From positions 553 through 64,552 of the forward strand of contig CAZHBA010000057.1 in assembly GCA_964530225.1 (NCBI GenBank): DNA of 64,000 nucleotides. The letters are read 5' to 3'. Origin of the DNA: an uncultured Rhodospirillaceae bacterium (GTDB taxonomy: Bacteria > Pseudomonadota > Alphaproteobacteria > UBA6615). Positions 51,892-63,009 of this stretch are shown here, piece by piece; within the stretch, counting starts at the first letter, position 1; every line of letters starts with the position of its first letter. A model generated the notes under the pieces. The model ran no database searches. It worked only from the letters and a program-made list of their open reading frames with translations, and was not told the DNA's origin. A program made the translations under genes and the position numbers.

Positions 51892-52578
51892 CTATGCGCT
51901 GGCGGGATTGGTATCCTCAGCCGCCGGTTCCGTATCATCTTCCGGTGAAGCCGCTTCGTCGCCTTTGTCCGATGCATTCCGGCCATTCCTGGATTCATTC
52001 GACCGGCGGCTTCGGGTGCGGCGCGCGGGCTTGACATTGCCTTCGCTATTGCCGCTTCCGTTTGTCGGCTCAGCCGGCGCCATATTTTTCTGCTCGGCAC
52101 TCCCTTGTTCCACCGCCTCGATCAGTGCAGCTACGCTTTCCGGCGCATGCTCGGAAGTGGTTTCGGGAGCCGGCTGGGCAGCCGCCTCGGTAATCACGAC
52201 AGCCTCGCCAGTTTCGACCGCATCGTCGTTTGGGACAGTGCGGCCGTTCGTAGCCGCGTTGCTATTTTGGGCAACATTGCCGTTCTGATTCCGGTTATCG
52301 CCACGCTGTTGCGAATCTTCCTGCGCGTTGCGGTTGGCGCCAGAAGCTTCCAGCAACCGGTAATAATGCTCGGCGTGCTGGTAAAAATTCTCAGCCGCAA
52401 TCCGGTCGCCGCTGGACGCGGCATCGCGCGCTAGCTGCTGATATTTCTCGTAGATCTGCGATGAATTACCCCTGACGCGCGCGCCTGGGCCATTACTGTC
52501 GAAGACCTGGTTTCTGGAATTTCCCGGCTTTCTGCCGCCACGGCCTCGCGACCGTCTTGAGTTTGAATTTTGTCGCAT
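51892..52578 (-). CDS. DUF4167-domain protein.
   Basis: Arg/Gly-rich N-terminus followed by the conserved YEKYQQLARDAASSGDRIAAENFYQHAEHYYR block. The alphaproteobacterial position beside clpB is conserved. Confidence 0.7.
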   Translation of the reverse strand: MRQNSNSRRSRGRGGRKPGNSRNQVFDSNGPGARVRGNSSQIYEKYQQLARDAASSGDRIAAENFYQHAEHYYRLLEASGANRNAQEDSQQRGDNRNQNGNVAQNSNAATNGRTVPNDDAVETGEAVVITEAAAQPAPETTSEHAPESVAALIEAVEQGSAEQKNMAPAEPTNGSGNSEGNVKPARRTRSRRSNESRNGRNASDKGDEAASPEDDTEPAAEDTNPASA

Positions 52579-52840
52579 TGCTCCAGTAGTCCGGATTGTT
52601 ACCGCTGCCCGATGACCGCCCCCACGACCTATCTACTTCTGTTCGATCCGAAGACCGAACTAAGACCCGCTCACCCCTGCGGTGGATTGGAGTGCGGTTA
52701 TTTTATTCGGGGGGTTCACCCTCAACTCAAATACTTAATAGATAGTGATCACGTAAGCATTTTTTGTCGTATGAACCGCACCCACACTAGGAAAACCGAG
52801 CCTATATTCCAAGCCTTTTTTCAAAAAAAACAAATCTATT

Positions 52841-53728
52841 CTAGGAATAACGCAAAATAGTAACACGCGGTACTCCTGTAATATCTGCCCGAAAACCCGC
52901 GGGTTTAAAGCCCTCGTCGCGTGCCAGTGAGTCTATTTCTTCGTGTTGACCGGCCCCCATCTCGAATAAAGCGAACCCACTGGGTGCGAGAATTTCGAAT
53001 GTGAGGGGCAATAGAGTTCGATACACATCAAGGCCGTCCCTACCTCCATCCAGAGCTCCCCTGGGCTCGTAGCGCGCCACCTCGGGTGCCAGCCCCGCAA
53101 TATCCCCAGTGGGGATGTAGGGCGGATTACTGATGACCACATCAAACCGCCCAGCGAGCGGTGCGGTCCAGTCGCCGATGATAAATTCCGCGCGGGTACC
53201 AAGACCCAATGTATCGGCGTTGCGCCGCGCTAGCGCAATGGCGGACGGGCTGATATCGACGCCAACCCCCCACGCCGCCGGAAATTCATGCAGCAAGGCC
53301 AGTAAAAGGCATCCGGAACCAGTCCCCAGATCGAGGATACGAAATTGTCGGTCCCGCTCGGGCAAATACTCACACGCGGCCTCGATTATCGTTTCGGAAT
53401 CCGGGCGTGGCGTGAGGACGCTGGCGGAGACTTCGAAGTTGAGCGACCAGAATTCGCGCGTGCCGAGGATGTGGGCTATCGGTTCGCGTGCGCAGCGGCG
53501 AACGGCCATGGCTAACAACATCTCGGCCTCTTGCGTCAACAGACGGCGTTTTGAACGAGCGATCAAACCGGCGGTGGTTTCGCCGGTCGCCGCGCTAACG
53601 AGCAGCCTCGCATCGAGGCGGGCGCTATCCACATCTGCCGCCTCCAGACGCTGTACAATGGTGTTCAGGGCGGTGGCCACATCACCACCGATGTTCACAA
53701 TTTCACCAATGTCCGCCGCAGCTGTCAT
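52841..53728 (-). CDS. prmC: Release-factor glutamine N5-methyltransferase.
   Basis: Class I SAM MTase with the NPPY motif (VVISNPPYIP). It lies immediately downstream of prfA. Confidence 0.85.
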   Translation of the reverse strand: MTAAADIGEIVNIGGDVATALNTIVQRLEAADVDSARLDARLLVSAATGETTAGLIARSKRRLLTQEAEMLLAMAVRRCAREPIAHILGTREFWSLNFEVSASVLTPRPDSETIIEAACEYLPERDRQFRILDLGTGSGCLLLALLHEFPAAWGVGVDISPSAIALARRNADTLGLGTRAEFIIGDWTAPLAGRFDVVISNPPYIPTGDIAGLAPEVARYEPRGALDGGRDGLDVYRTLLPLTFEILAPSGFALFEMGAGQHEEIDSLARDEGFKPAGFRADITGVPRVTILRYS

Positions 53729-53733
53729 GCCAG

Positions 53734-54804
53734 TTAGTTGTCCTGCGCCATGCGTGCCGCCTGATCTTCGGTGGTGAGGGCGTCGACAAGTTCGTCCAAT
53801 GCTTCGCCGTTGAGGATTTTTTCTAGCTTGTGCAGCGTCAGTCCGATGCGGTGGTCGGTAACCCGGCCTTGGGGATAATTATAGGTGCGGATGCGTTCGG
53901 AGCGGTCGCCGGAACCAATCTGGCTACGCCGGTCGGCGGCGCGCTCGTCTTGCTGGCGCTGGCGCTCGCACTCGTACAAACGCGCCCGCAGCACCCGCAT
54001 CGCCTTGGCCCGGTTTTTGTGCTGCGACTTCTCGTCCTGTTGGGTAACCACGATACCAGTCGGTAAATGGGTAATCCGCACCGCGCTGTCGGTGGTGTTA
54101 ACCGATTGGCCACCGGGGCCGGACGCGCGGTAAGTATCGACGCGCATTTCGTTCTCGGCAACCTCGATATCCACGTCCTCGGCCTCTGGCAGCACCGCGA
54201 CGGTGGCCGCCGATGTGTGGATGCGGCCGCTGCTCTCAGTCTCGGGAACGCGCTGGACGCGGTGCACCCCAGATTCGAATCTCAACCGCGCGAACACATT
54301 ACGGCCATTAATACTGGCAATGATTTCCTTGTAGCCGCCAATGCCGGTATTACTGGCGTTCATCACTTCCACTTTCCAACCGCGCAGTTCGGCATAGCGC
54401 TGGTACATTCGGAACAAATTTGCGGCGAAGAGCCCCGCCTCGTCCCCACCGGTACCGGCACGAATTTCCAAAATGGCGTTGCGGGCATCGGCGACGTCCT
54501 TGGGCAGCAACATTATTTGCAGCTGTTCCTCGAGTTCGGGTTCGCGCGCCTTCAGTTCTTCGAGTTCGGCCTCGACCATCGACCGCATCTCGTCGTCGCT
54601 GTCGTCGCGTAAAGAAATGAGGTCCTCGGCCTCGCTGTGGAGGTTTCGTAGCGCGGTGATGGTTTCCACCACCGGGGACAAATCTGAATACTCCTTGGAT
54701 AATTTGGCGTAGGCCTGGGAATCCGAGGCATCGGCCTCGTTCAATAGGCGTTCCAACTCCTTGTGCCGATCGACTACTCGATCGAGTTTTCCTTCGAGGC
54801 TCAT
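53734..54804 (-). CDS. prfA: Peptide chain release factor 1.
   Basis: GGQ motif (SGPGGQSVN) and RF1-type sequence; 356 aa. Confidence 0.95.
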   Translation of the reverse strand: MSLEGKLDRVVDRHKELERLLNEADASDSQAYAKLSKEYSDLSPVVETITALRNLHSEAEDLISLRDDSDDEMRSMVEAELEELKAREPELEEQLQIMLLPKDVADARNAILEIRAGTGGDEAGLFAANLFRMYQRYAELRGWKVEVMNASNTGIGGYKEIIASINGRNVFARLRFESGVHRVQRVPETESSGRIHTSAATVAVLPEAEDVDIEVAENEMRVDTYRASGPGGQSVNTTDSAVRITHLPTGIVVTQQDEKSQHKNRAKAMRVLRARLYECERQRQQDERAADRRSQIGSGDRSERIRTYNYPQGRVTDHRIGLTLHKLEKILNGEALDELVDALTTEDQAARMAQDN

Positions 54805-54902
54805 GGACTCGTTTTCTCTAGCGGGAGGGAATTTATACTGGTTCGTAACGATTCATCGTTAGACCGCGTCATGGCGGCCGGTTAGCCTAGTGTTAATGCC
54901 GG

Positions 54903-56147
54903 CTAACGGTATTCGGCCAAATGGTCTTTCAATTCGGCCAGCGACACATCGGTTTGCGATCCCTCATCGAGGTTTCGCACCGTCGCGCCGTCGCGCGCCA
55001 GTTCATCGTCACCAAGGAAAATCGCCACCAATGCGCCGATCTTATCGGCGCGTCGCAGACCCCGTTTCAAGCCGCCACGATAGTTTAGTTCGATCATGAA
55101 ACCCGATTTCCTGAGATCGTGCGCCACTTTGAGCGCTGCTTTTTCACCGGCCGCGCCGATGCCAATGACCGAAATCGGACGGGAGCTCACAGGCGCCGAG
55201 CCAATCAACATCGACAAACGTTCGATTCCGGCTGCCCATCCGACACCAGGCGTCGGCTGTCCGCCCATCATCTCCATCAGGCCGTCATAGCGCCCGCCCG
55301 CTAGCACCGTTCCTTGGGCACCGAGCTGGTCGGTCGTGAACTCGAATGCGGTGTGACAGTAATAATCGAGGCCGCGCACCAGCCTTGGGTTAATCTGGTA
55401 GGCAATCTCCAGATCTTCAAGGCCACCACGCACCGTATCAAAAAATGCCTGAGCGTCGGGCGTCAAATAATCGGCGAACGACGGCGCGCCGGTGACGATC
55501 GCCTTATCGTCGTTATTCTTGGAATCGAGAATTCGCAAAGGGTTACGCTCGAGGCGCTGCTGGCTGTCCTCCGACAACTGGTCACGAAAACTCTCCAGAT
55601 AGGCCACCAGCGCGTCGCGATAGGCGGCGCGGCTTTCATTGTCGCCAAGGGTGTTCAGCTCGAGCGTCGTCGCCGGCAGGACACCAAGGGCGTCGAGGGT
55701 CGCCGCCGCCAGCGCGATGACTTCAACGTCGCCGACCGGCTCGGCGATACCAATCAGCTCGACGCCGATTTGAGTGAACTGCCGCAGCCGGCCTTTTTGC
55801 GGCCGCTCGTGACGGAACATCGGTCCGGCGTAACACCATTTCAGCGGCATTTCGTTCTGCAATCCGCCCGACATGACCGCCCGCACAATCCCTGCCGTGC
55901 CTTCCGGCCGCAGGGTCAAGCTGTCGCCCCCTTTGTCCTCGAAGGTGTACATCTCCTTGGTAACGATGTCCGAGGTCTCGCCCAGGGTGCGCTGGAAAAC
56001 GTCGGTAAATTCGAACACCGGCGTTTCGATCGGCCCGTAGCCATAGCTTTCAGCAGCCGCACGCGCGGTATCGACAATATGGACGTGGGTACGTGAATCG
56101 TCACCGATCAGGTCGCGTGTTCCACGCACGGGCCGCAATTTAGCCAA
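54903..56147 (-). CDS. hisS: Histidine--tRNA ligase.
   Basis: Class II aaRS motifs and a HisRS N-terminus (RGTRDLIGDD...); 414 aa. Confidence 0.9.
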   Translation of the reverse strand: MAKLRPVRGTRDLIGDDSRTHVHIVDTARAAAESYGYGPIETPVFEFTDVFQRTLGETSDIVTKEMYTFEDKGGDSLTLRPEGTAGIVRAVMSGGLQNEMPLKWCYAGPMFRHERPQKGRLRQFTQIGVELIGIAEPVGDVEVIALAAATLDALGVLPATTLELNTLGDNESRAAYRDALVAYLESFRDQLSEDSQQRLERNPLRILDSKNNDDKAIVTGAPSFADYLTPDAQAFFDTVRGGLEDLEIAYQINPRLVRGLDYYCHTAFEFTTDQLGAQGTVLAGGRYDGLMEMMGGQPTPGVGWAAGIERLSMLIGSAPVSSRPISVIGIGAAGEKAALKVAHDLRKSGFMIELNYRGGLKRGLRRADKIGALVAIFLGDDELARDGATVRNLDEGSQTDVSLAELKDHLAEYR

Positions 56148-56171
56148 GACAGATTTCCCGGAAAGTTTTAA

Positions 56172-57308
56172 TTATTCGGCCGCCGCCGACAGGCGCTCAG
56201 AGGATAAAGCCAAGTCAGCCTCGATCTCCGCCGCCTTTTCCTCAACAAGTTGGACCAGATGATCGACGATATCCACATCCTGCAACCGATGATGCTGCTG
56301 ACCGGCGATATAAACCTGATGTGTACCCCGTCCCCCACCGGTAAATCCAACATCGGTCTGTACAGCCTCGCCAGGCCCATTGACGACGCAGCCGATCACC
56401 GAGACCGTCATCGGCGTGGTGATGTGAGCTAGCCGTTCTTCGAGCACGCACACGGTTTCGATCACGTCGAACTGTTGGCGCGCACAGGATGGGCACGAAA
56501 TCAGATTGACGCCACGGTGGCGTAGCCCCAGCGATTTAAGCAAGTCGAACCCAACTTTTACTTCCTCGACCGGGTCCGCCGAAAGCGAGACACGGATGGT
56601 GTCGCCAATACCCAACCATAGCAGCATGCCCAGCCCGATCGACGACTTAACCGTGCCGGTGCGCAACCCGCCGGCTTCGGTAATGCCTATGTGGAGCGGA
56701 TAGTCACAGGCCTCGGCCAAGCCTTGATAGGCGGCAACCGCCAGAAACACGTCCGACGCCTTCACCGAGATCTTGAACTCGCGAAAATCTTCGTCCTCCA
56801 GTAGCTTGACGGAATTTAACGCGCTCTCGACCAGCGCGTCCGGGCAGAGCTCGCCGTATTTATCCAACAACTCGCGCTCGAGACTGCCAGCGTTAACGCC
56901 GATGCGCATGGAACAATTGTTGTCGCGCGCGGCTTTGACGACTTCGCGCACCTGCTCGCGCGAGCCGATGTTGCCAGGGTTGAGGCGCAGGCAGGCAGCG
57001 CCCGCCTCGGCGGCCTCGATAGCCCGCTTATAATGAAAATGGATATCCGCTACAATCGGCACGGTGACTTCGAGCAGAATTTGTTTAAACGCCACCGTAC
57101 TGTCCTCATCCGGGCATGACACCCGAACGATATCGGCGCCGGCACCCTCTAACTCGTGTATCTGGGCCACCGTCGCCGCCACATCCGAGGTCAGTGTATT
57201 GGTCATCGATTGTACGGTGACTGGCGCATCGCCACCCACGGCCACGCCTCCGACGGAGATTTGGCGGCTTTTACGGCGATGTATGTCCCTATAAGGGCGC
57301 ACGCTCAT
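56172..57308 (-). CDS. ispG: 4-hydroxy-3-methylbut-2-en-1-yl diphosphate synthase.
   Basis: GcpE family with a C-terminal CxxC...C cluster region (ISCPSCAR); 378 aa. Confidence 0.9.
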   Translation of the reverse strand: MSVRPYRDIHRRKSRQISVGGVAVGGDAPVTVQSMTNTLTSDVAATVAQIHELEGAGADIVRVSCPDEDSTVAFKQILLEVTVPIVADIHFHYKRAIEAAEAGAACLRLNPGNIGSREQVREVVKAARDNNCSMRIGVNAGSLERELLDKYGELCPDALVESALNSVKLLEDEDFREFKISVKASDVFLAVAAYQGLAEACDYPLHIGITEAGGLRTGTVKSSIGLGMLLWLGIGDTIRVSLSADPVEEVKVGFDLLKSLGLRHRGVNLISCPSCARQQFDVIETVCVLEERLAHITTPMTVSVIGCVVNGPGEAVQTDVGFTGGGRGTHQVYIAGQQHHRLQDVDIVDHLVQLVEEKAAEIEADLALSSERLSAAAE

Positions 57309-57430
57309 CGTTTTGTCCTAAAACGGAACGACCAGTTGAAAGCGGGAGTGACTCGCACCGTAACATGCGCGCGGGACTGCTAAATATCAAGCCACCGCAG
57401 ATCCGCGAGGCCAAGCTAAAGAATAGGTAG

Positions 57431-58798
57431 CTACTGAATAACGGCTTCGCCGACTCTCAATAATTCCACATCGAGGCGCACATTATGCAAGATCACACCA
57501 TCCAAACCGATCCGCGGGACCGGGGCGCCATCGACAGAAATGATCAATCCACCAGCATTACCCGTCGACATTACCAAATCATTACGGTTGGGAACCAGGT
57601 AACGATCGCCGGGGCGCAACATACGGGTCAACAGGACGTTCTGATTACCATCGAGGACTTGCACCCAACTGTCAGCGCGGGCGCCAATGACGACCCGTGC
57701 TTCCTGATTTATAACCCCATAGGGTCGCCCATCGTCACCCACATTCGCGACACCTTCATCGGCGGGAATACTCGGTAAATCAGCTAGCAGGGTCCCTAGA
57801 TCCGGCGTTGAGGGTTCAGGCGATGGCGGTGTGGCCACGGTCGGTTTGGCGATAGGCTGCGGCGGCTTTGCGGCCGCATTGGCTGCGGCCGGAGTCAACT
57901 CGTTTTCGTCAAGCGCCAGAGGTTCGGCCACCTCGGCAGGTACCTCGACAACTTTGACCGGAGGTTCGACTACCTTAACAGGCGGCTCGACGGCAGCCGG
58001 CACCGGCACTTTGCTCACGATCTCGATCGGTTGCGGTTCGGCTTGGATTTGCTGTGGCTCAGGCTCGGTTACGGCAGGCTCTGTGGTTGCCGGCGCGATG
58101 GCTTGTTCCAGCTGTTGAACCAGTTTCTCGTCTACGCTGGAGACTTGTTCTTCGGTACCCACGGTCGGTGCATCGGTCTCTTTCTTGACCGGCTCGGTAT
58201 TCGCGGCTGCGGTTTGTTCGATGGTTTTAGCGTCAACAGACATAACCGGTTCGGCCACCGCAACCGCTGCACCATTCGTCTGTTGATCCGCCACCTGCGC
58301 GCCTATCGTCGATTCGAAGCCCGGCGGCGATGGAACGGCGGATACATCCACAGAGTTGTCTGTTTGGAGAAAATACCAACCGGCGAAAACAGCTGCTGCA
58401 ACTACGGTGCAGGCTGCAACAACCTTGCTGGTGGGAAACCAACCGTCGGTCGACGGCTCCGGAAAATCGAGATCGGGTTGCTCTTTGGTCCCGCTCGCTT
58501 CAGCCTTGAATTGATCCAGCAGCGCTGCCGTCTCGAGGCCGAGATAGTCAGCGTAGGAACGAACGAACCCACGCGCGTAAACCTGACCCGGCAGGTCTTC
58601 GTAACGGCCGTCTTCGATGGATTGCAGAAATTTCGCACGGATACGCAAGGAACCAGCGACATCGGCAACGCTGCGGCCAGTGATCTCACGTGCCTCACGC
58701 AGGAAAGCGCCAACATTTTCTGTCAGCGATTCGTCTTGTTCCACATCCACGCGGTCGCCTTCGGTTACATGGAAAGGCTCTGGTTTCACTTCGGCCAT
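57431..58798 (-). CDS. RodZ-like protein (XRE HTH plus DUF4115) with a low-complexity Pro/Ala/Val-rich linker.
   Basis: N-terminal HTH (VGAFLREAREITGRSVADVAGSLRIRAKFLQSIE), a predicted TM segment and a C-terminal DUF4115-like domain. The position after ispG is conserved in alphaproteobacteria. Confidence 0.6.
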   Translation of the reverse strand: MAEVKPEPFHVTEGDRVDVEQDESLTENVGAFLREAREITGRSVADVAGSLRIRAKFLQSIEDGRYEDLPGQVYARGFVRSYADYLGLETAALLDQFKAEASGTKEQPDLDFPEPSTDGWFPTSKVVAACTVVAAAVFAGWYFLQTDNSVDVSAVPSPPGFESTIGAQVADQQTNGAAVAVAEPVMSVDAKTIEQTAAANTEPVKKETDAPTVGTEEQVSSVDEKLVQQLEQAIAPATTEPAVTEPEPQQIQAEPQPIEIVSKVPVPAAVEPPVKVVEPPVKVVEVPAEVAEPLALDENELTPAAANAAAKPPQPIAKPTVATPPSPEPSTPDLGTLLADLPSIPADEGVANVGDDGRPYGVINQEARVVIGARADSWVQVLDGNQNVLLTRMLRPGDRYLVPNRNDLVMSTGNAGGLIISVDGAPVPRIGLDGVILHNVRLDVELLRVGEAVIQ

Positions 58799-58976
58799 TT
58801 ATTACGCCAGTATCTGCTCGCCAAACACATCCGGCTGCAGCCAATTACGGCAATTGGTGTTCTGAATTTCATTAACCAAAATATCCTATCTAACAAGTGT
58901 TAAGTAAAAGAAAATAAACCATCTTCGATGGTGGAAGCCGCTATTTTTAACCAAACCAGTATTGGTGACAACAACC

Positions 58977-59264
58977 CTAAATTGTAATGCCTTGATCGTA
59001 GGCAAATAAATTTAGGCGCGAGCGTATACTCGCGGCGGATGAGGGTAATAAAGTATTTAAATAGCCGCTCATTGTGGCCACATCCAAGCTCAATACCATC
59101 GATTTAACCGGTCCAATATTGGCCGGCGACATCAACAATTCGCGAATACCAATCCCGAGTAAGACCATCGCGGCAAGCGGATCGCCGACCATAACATCGT
59201 GTAATCTACGCAACAGTCGGCGGGAGTCCGTCCAAGGCGCTGTTTAAGCTGTCATTTCTGTCTC
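58977..59264 (-). pseudogene. ptsP: 3'-terminal remnant of phosphoenolpyruvate-protein phosphotransferase (PtsP / enzyme I-Ntr).
   Basis: The open frame encodes ...VGDPLAAMVLLGIGIRELLMSPANIGPVKSMVLSLDV..., matching the enzyme I C-terminal 'LLGLG.DELSMS...IP.VK' region. It is bounded upstream by an in-frame TAA only ~70 nt from the lysC stop, so the ~650 upstream codons of ptsP are absent. Confidence 0.55.
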
Positions 59265-59333
59265 AACTCCGCCGCACAGCGGCCGAGAAAATATCCGAAC
59301 TGCGGCTATTCAGGGTGTTGAATTATCGCGCAG

Positions 59334-60569
59334 TCAGGCGGCGTCGAGCCCGTAGGCGCTGTGCAACGCGCGTAGCGCCAGCTCCGTAAATTCTTCAGCG
59401 ATCAATACGCTAATCTTAATTTCCGATGTCGAGATCACTAATATGTTGATGTTGTGCTCGGCGAGCGCCGAAAACATCCGCGTGGCAACTCCGGCGTGGC
59501 TGCGCATGCCGACCCCGACGACGGACACCTTGACCACGTTGGCGTCGGGCACCGATGCCGCAAAGCCCAGTTCAAACTTGCACGCATCGAGCACACTCAT
59601 GGCACGCTCCAAATCGCCGCGCGAAACGGTAAATGTCAGGTCCGTGGCGCTGCCGTCTTCGGACACGTTTTGCACGATCATGTCGACATTGACGTTGGCG
59701 TCGGACAACGGGCCGAAGATCGCCGCCGCCACGCCGGGTCGGTCGGGCACATGCAGCAACGTAATTTTCGCTTCATCGCGGCTATAGGTAACACCGCTTA
59801 CTATTTCCTGCTCCATTATCTCTTCCTCGGCAACGACCAGTGTTCCTGGCAGATCGCTGCCCACCTTACCGTCAAACGAAGACAATACCTGCAAGGGTAC
59901 GCCATGGTTCATCGCCAGTTGCACCGAGCGCGTCTGCAGGACCTTGGCGCCAAGCGACGCCATTTCCAGCATCTCCTCGTAGGTGATTTTATCGAGTTTA
60001 CGCGCGCGCGTCACGATTCTAGGGTCGGACGTATAGACGCCGTCAACATCGGTATAAATATCGCAGCGCTCGGCACCCAACGCGACGGAAAGTGCAACCG
60101 CGGTGGTGTCGGACCCGCCGCGGCCAAACGTCGTGATGCGGTTATCGGGGCCGAGCCCCTGAAAGCCCGCCACCACACAAACTTGATCGTCGGCCAGCCG
60201 CTGCTCTAGTTCTTCCGTCTCGACACCCAAGATGCGTGCTCTGCCGTGGACGTCGTCGGTGCGAATCGGGATTTGCCACCCTTGCCACGAGCGCGCCGAT
60301 ACGCCCATTTGTTGTAGGCTTAAGGCCAGCAATCCACTGGTTACCTGCTCACCGGTAGAGACGACCGCATCGTACTCGCGGGCATCGTGCATCGGGTTGG
60401 CCTCACTGGTTAGCGCAACCAGATCGTCGGTGCCTCCCCCCATCGCCGACACCACGGCGGTGACCTGGTTTCCCCGTTTGACTTCGACCTTAATCTTGGC
60501 CGCGGCCGCACGGATACGATCGAGATCAGCGACGGAAGTTCCGCCAAATTTTGCCACTATCCGGCCCAT
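59334..60569 (-). CDS. lysC: Aspartate kinase.
   Basis: N-terminus MGRIVAKFGGTSV plus tandem C-terminal ACT domains. The start was trimmed from the over-extended track ORF. Confidence 0.9.
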   Translation of the reverse strand: MGRIVAKFGGTSVADLDRIRAAAAKIKVEVKRGNQVTAVVSAMGGGTDDLVALTSEANPMHDAREYDAVVSTGEQVTSGLLALSLQQMGVSARSWQGWQIPIRTDDVHGRARILGVETEELEQRLADDQVCVVAGFQGLGPDNRITTFGRGGSDTTAVALSVALGAERCDIYTDVDGVYTSDPRIVTRARKLDKITYEEMLEMASLGAKVLQTRSVQLAMNHGVPLQVLSSFDGKVGSDLPGTLVVAEEEIMEQEIVSGVTYSRDEAKITLLHVPDRPGVAAAIFGPLSDANVNVDMIVQNVSEDGSATDLTFTVSRGDLERAMSVLDACKFELGFAASVPDANVVKVSVVGVGMRSHAGVATRMFSALAEHNINILVISTSEIKISVLIAEEFTELALRALHSAYGLDAA

Positions 60570-60701
60570 GACATCTCCATTTACCCATTGCCCCACAACG
60601 CGAAAACCACCGTGTAGAAATTCCTGCCAGACGTCGCATCGATTCTCGGCCTTGCCGGGCAGGGGCGGCGTATCCATACTCAGTCGTTGAATCCATGACA
60701 A

Positions 60702-61493
60702 GTGGCGTTGACAGGACCCGTAATGGCAGCCACCGCGGCAAACTCCAACGACACCCCGTCGATCGACCCTGGCGAACTCGATAAATTTCGCGCCATGGCC
60801 GAAGAATGGTGGGATCCGGACGGCAAATTCCGCCCCCTACATAAATTCAACCCGGTCCGTCTGGAATATATCCGCGATGGGGCGTGCGCACACTTCGACC
60901 GCGATACCAGCTCTTTGAAGCCGTTATTCGGTCTGACGATGCTCGATGTCGGCTGCGGTGGCGGTCTGTTATGCGAACCTCTGGCCCGGTTAGGAGCCGA
61001 AGTCACGGGTATCGACGCTGTGTCACGCAATATCGAGATCGCTAGCGTCCACGCCGATACCGCCGCCGTATCGATCGATTACCGCATGGCAACGGTCGAG
61101 GAACTGGTGGCCGAAAAACGCCGGTTCGATATCGTGCTCAACATGGAAGTCATCGAGCATGTTGCCGATGTCGACGCCTTTCTCAGCGCCTGCGGCTTAG
61201 CAGTCAGTGATGGCGGCCTGATGTTTTTTGCCACCCTGAACCGCACCGCCAAGGCCTTCGCACTGGCCATCGTCGGCGGTGAGTATATTTTGCGCTGGCT
61301 GCCCCGCGGCACCCATGACTGGCGCAAGTTCGTGCGACCGTCCGAGCTGACACGGGAATTGGCCAGCGCCGATATCGAAGTAAACGATTTAACCGGGGTA
61401 ACCTATAGCCCGCTGACGGACCAGTGGTCACTCAACCGGCAGGACCTCAACGTCAATTATATGGGGACGGGCGTGAAAGCTGCCCGAACATAA
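60702..61493 (+). CDS. ubiG: Ubiquinone biosynthesis O-methyltransferase.
   Basis: SAM motif LDVGCGGGLL and UbiG-type length. Divergent from lysC, as in many alphaproteobacteria. Confidence 0.85.
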   Translation: MALTGPVMAATAANSNDTPSIDPGELDKFRAMAEEWWDPDGKFRPLHKFNPVRLEYIRDGACAHFDRDTSSLKPLFGLTMLDVGCGGGLLCEPLARLGAEVTGIDAVSRNIEIASVHADTAAVSIDYRMATVEELVAEKRRFDIVLNMEVIEHVADVDAFLSACGLAVSDGGLMFFATLNRTAKAFALAIVGGEYILRWLPRGTHDWRKFVRPSELTRELASADIEVNDLTGVTYSPLTDQWSLNRQDLNVNYMGTGVKAART

Positions 61494-61508
61494 AGCCAAG
61501 TGAAACGC

Positions 61509-61925
61509 CTAGCTGTTGGGGCGCTTGATCCAGGGTACGCGTCCGACCGGCACTCCCTCGTCGGCCAGTTCTTCGGCTTCGTCGTTGGAGGCGTTACCGT
61601 AGATGTCGCGCGCTTCGGTTTCGCCGTAGTATATGCGCCGCGCCTCTTCGGGAAAATCATCGCCTACATCGTCGAAGTTCTTTTCGATATGGTCGCGCAC
61701 CTCGCCCAGCATTTTGCGCAACTCCGCCGCCTTGGATTTGCGCGTTTCCTTGATTTCGCTTTTCGCCGCAACCGCGGGCGCCATGATCGACTTCGACACC
61801 ACTGTGTCGCCACAGGTCGGGCACACTATCTGCTTTTTCTTTACCTGCTTTTCGAAACTCTCCGAATTGAGGAACCATCCCCCGAATTCGTGCCCTTCCG
61901 CACAGGTCATATTAAAGTTAATCAT
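61509..61925 (-). CDS. DUF1178-family protein.
   Basis: Zn-ribbon-like CAEGH...CPTCGD N-terminus; 138 aa. Confidence 0.65.
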   Translation of the reverse strand: MINFNMTCAEGHEFGGWFLNSESFEKQVKKKQIVCPTCGDTVVSKSIMAPAVAAKSEIKETRKSKAAELRKMLGEVRDHIEKNFDDVGDDFPEEARRIYYGETEARDIYGNASNDEAEELADEGVPVGRVPWIKRPNS

Positions 61926-62035
61926 CGCTCCAAGCGCCGGTTACACGTATAACGCCGGTAAGGGTCTATCACTGGCTTCGTCACCCCGTGAATTGGTAAT
62001 TTCACACCGAAAAGCAAGCGGCTTATTTCACTACG

Positions 62036-62602
62036 ATGGCGCCACAACATCAAGATACTGTTGAACTCCTACCTTCGCCCTGGGTTGAGAGGTTCGCCCC
62101 ACTGATTACCGGCGAGGTTCTCGATATTGCCAGCGGCGCCGGACGCCACTCACGTTATTTTCTGTCCCGCGGCCACCGGGTAACGGCGATCGATTGCGAC
62201 CCTAGTCGCATGTTAGATTTGCTGGATTACGCCGAGTTGGAAATGCACGAGCTGGACCTTGAGGCCGGCGCAGGCGACGGCCCGCTGCCGGGCGGACCTT
62301 TTGGCGGCGTCATTGTCACCAACTATTTGTCGCGACCGCTGCTGCCCGCTATAGCCGCCACCGTCGCCGAGGACGGCGTTCTGTTATACGAGACCTTCGC
62401 GGTCGGGAATGAGGTGTATGGCAAACCGAGAAACCCCAACTTCTTGCTGCAGCCAGCAGAGTTACTCGACGCGTTCGGTGGAGAGCTACAGGTGCTCGCC
62501 TACGAACACGGCGTGACTAAGACACCGCGCACCGCCGTTATACAACGGATTTGCGCGGTGCGTGGAAATGCCAGCAATACGCCACTAGAAAAAACGAATT
62601 AG
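62036..62602 (+). CDS. Class I SAM-dependent methyltransferase.
   Basis: Motif I-like segment VLDIASGAGRHSRYF; 188 aa. Confidence 0.55.
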   Translation: MAPQHQDTVELLPSPWVERFAPLITGEVLDIASGAGRHSRYFLSRGHRVTAIDCDPSRMLDLLDYAELEMHELDLEAGAGDGPLPGGPFGGVIVTNYLSRPLLPAIAATVAEDGVLLYETFAVGNEVYGKPRNPNFLLQPAELLDAFGGELQVLAYEHGVTKTPRTAVIQRICAVRGNASNTPLEKTN

Positions 62603-62605
62603 GGG

Positions 62606-62866
62606 CTAACTTAGGCCCAGCTTGGAATCGAGCTTACCAACGGCGTCGAGGGCGTAGAGATCGTCGCAACCGCCTATATGTTCGTCATTGATAAAAATTT
62701 GCGGTACCTGATGGCGGCCCCTGGCACGTTCCATCATCTCGAAGCGCTTGCCCGGCTTCCAGGTGACATCGGTCTCGGTGAGCTGGACTCCTTTTTTCTT
62801 CAGCAATCGTTTAGCGGCGGAGCAGTAACCGCACATCATCCCGGTGTATATTTCGACGTTCGCCAT
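62606..62866 (-). CDS. grxC: Glutaredoxin 3.
   Basis: MANVEIYTGMMCGYC... with active site CGYC and the C-terminal GGCDDL motif. Confidence 0.85.
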   Translation of the reverse strand: MANVEIYTGMMCGYCSAAKRLLKKKGVQLTETDVTWKPGKRFEMMERARGRHQVPQIFINDEHIGGCDDLYALDAVGKLDSKLGLS

Positions 62867-63009
62867 CGTCCGCATGCCTCCAAATATTTCATCGTATCAA
62901 CTATATAGACCGAATCCAGCAGGGGACCAGACTCACGACGGCGCTGGTAGCACGGCAAACCTAAACCGTCGCCCAATACTGCATCAAATTCGCGTGTTAA
63001 CCGCTTTAT

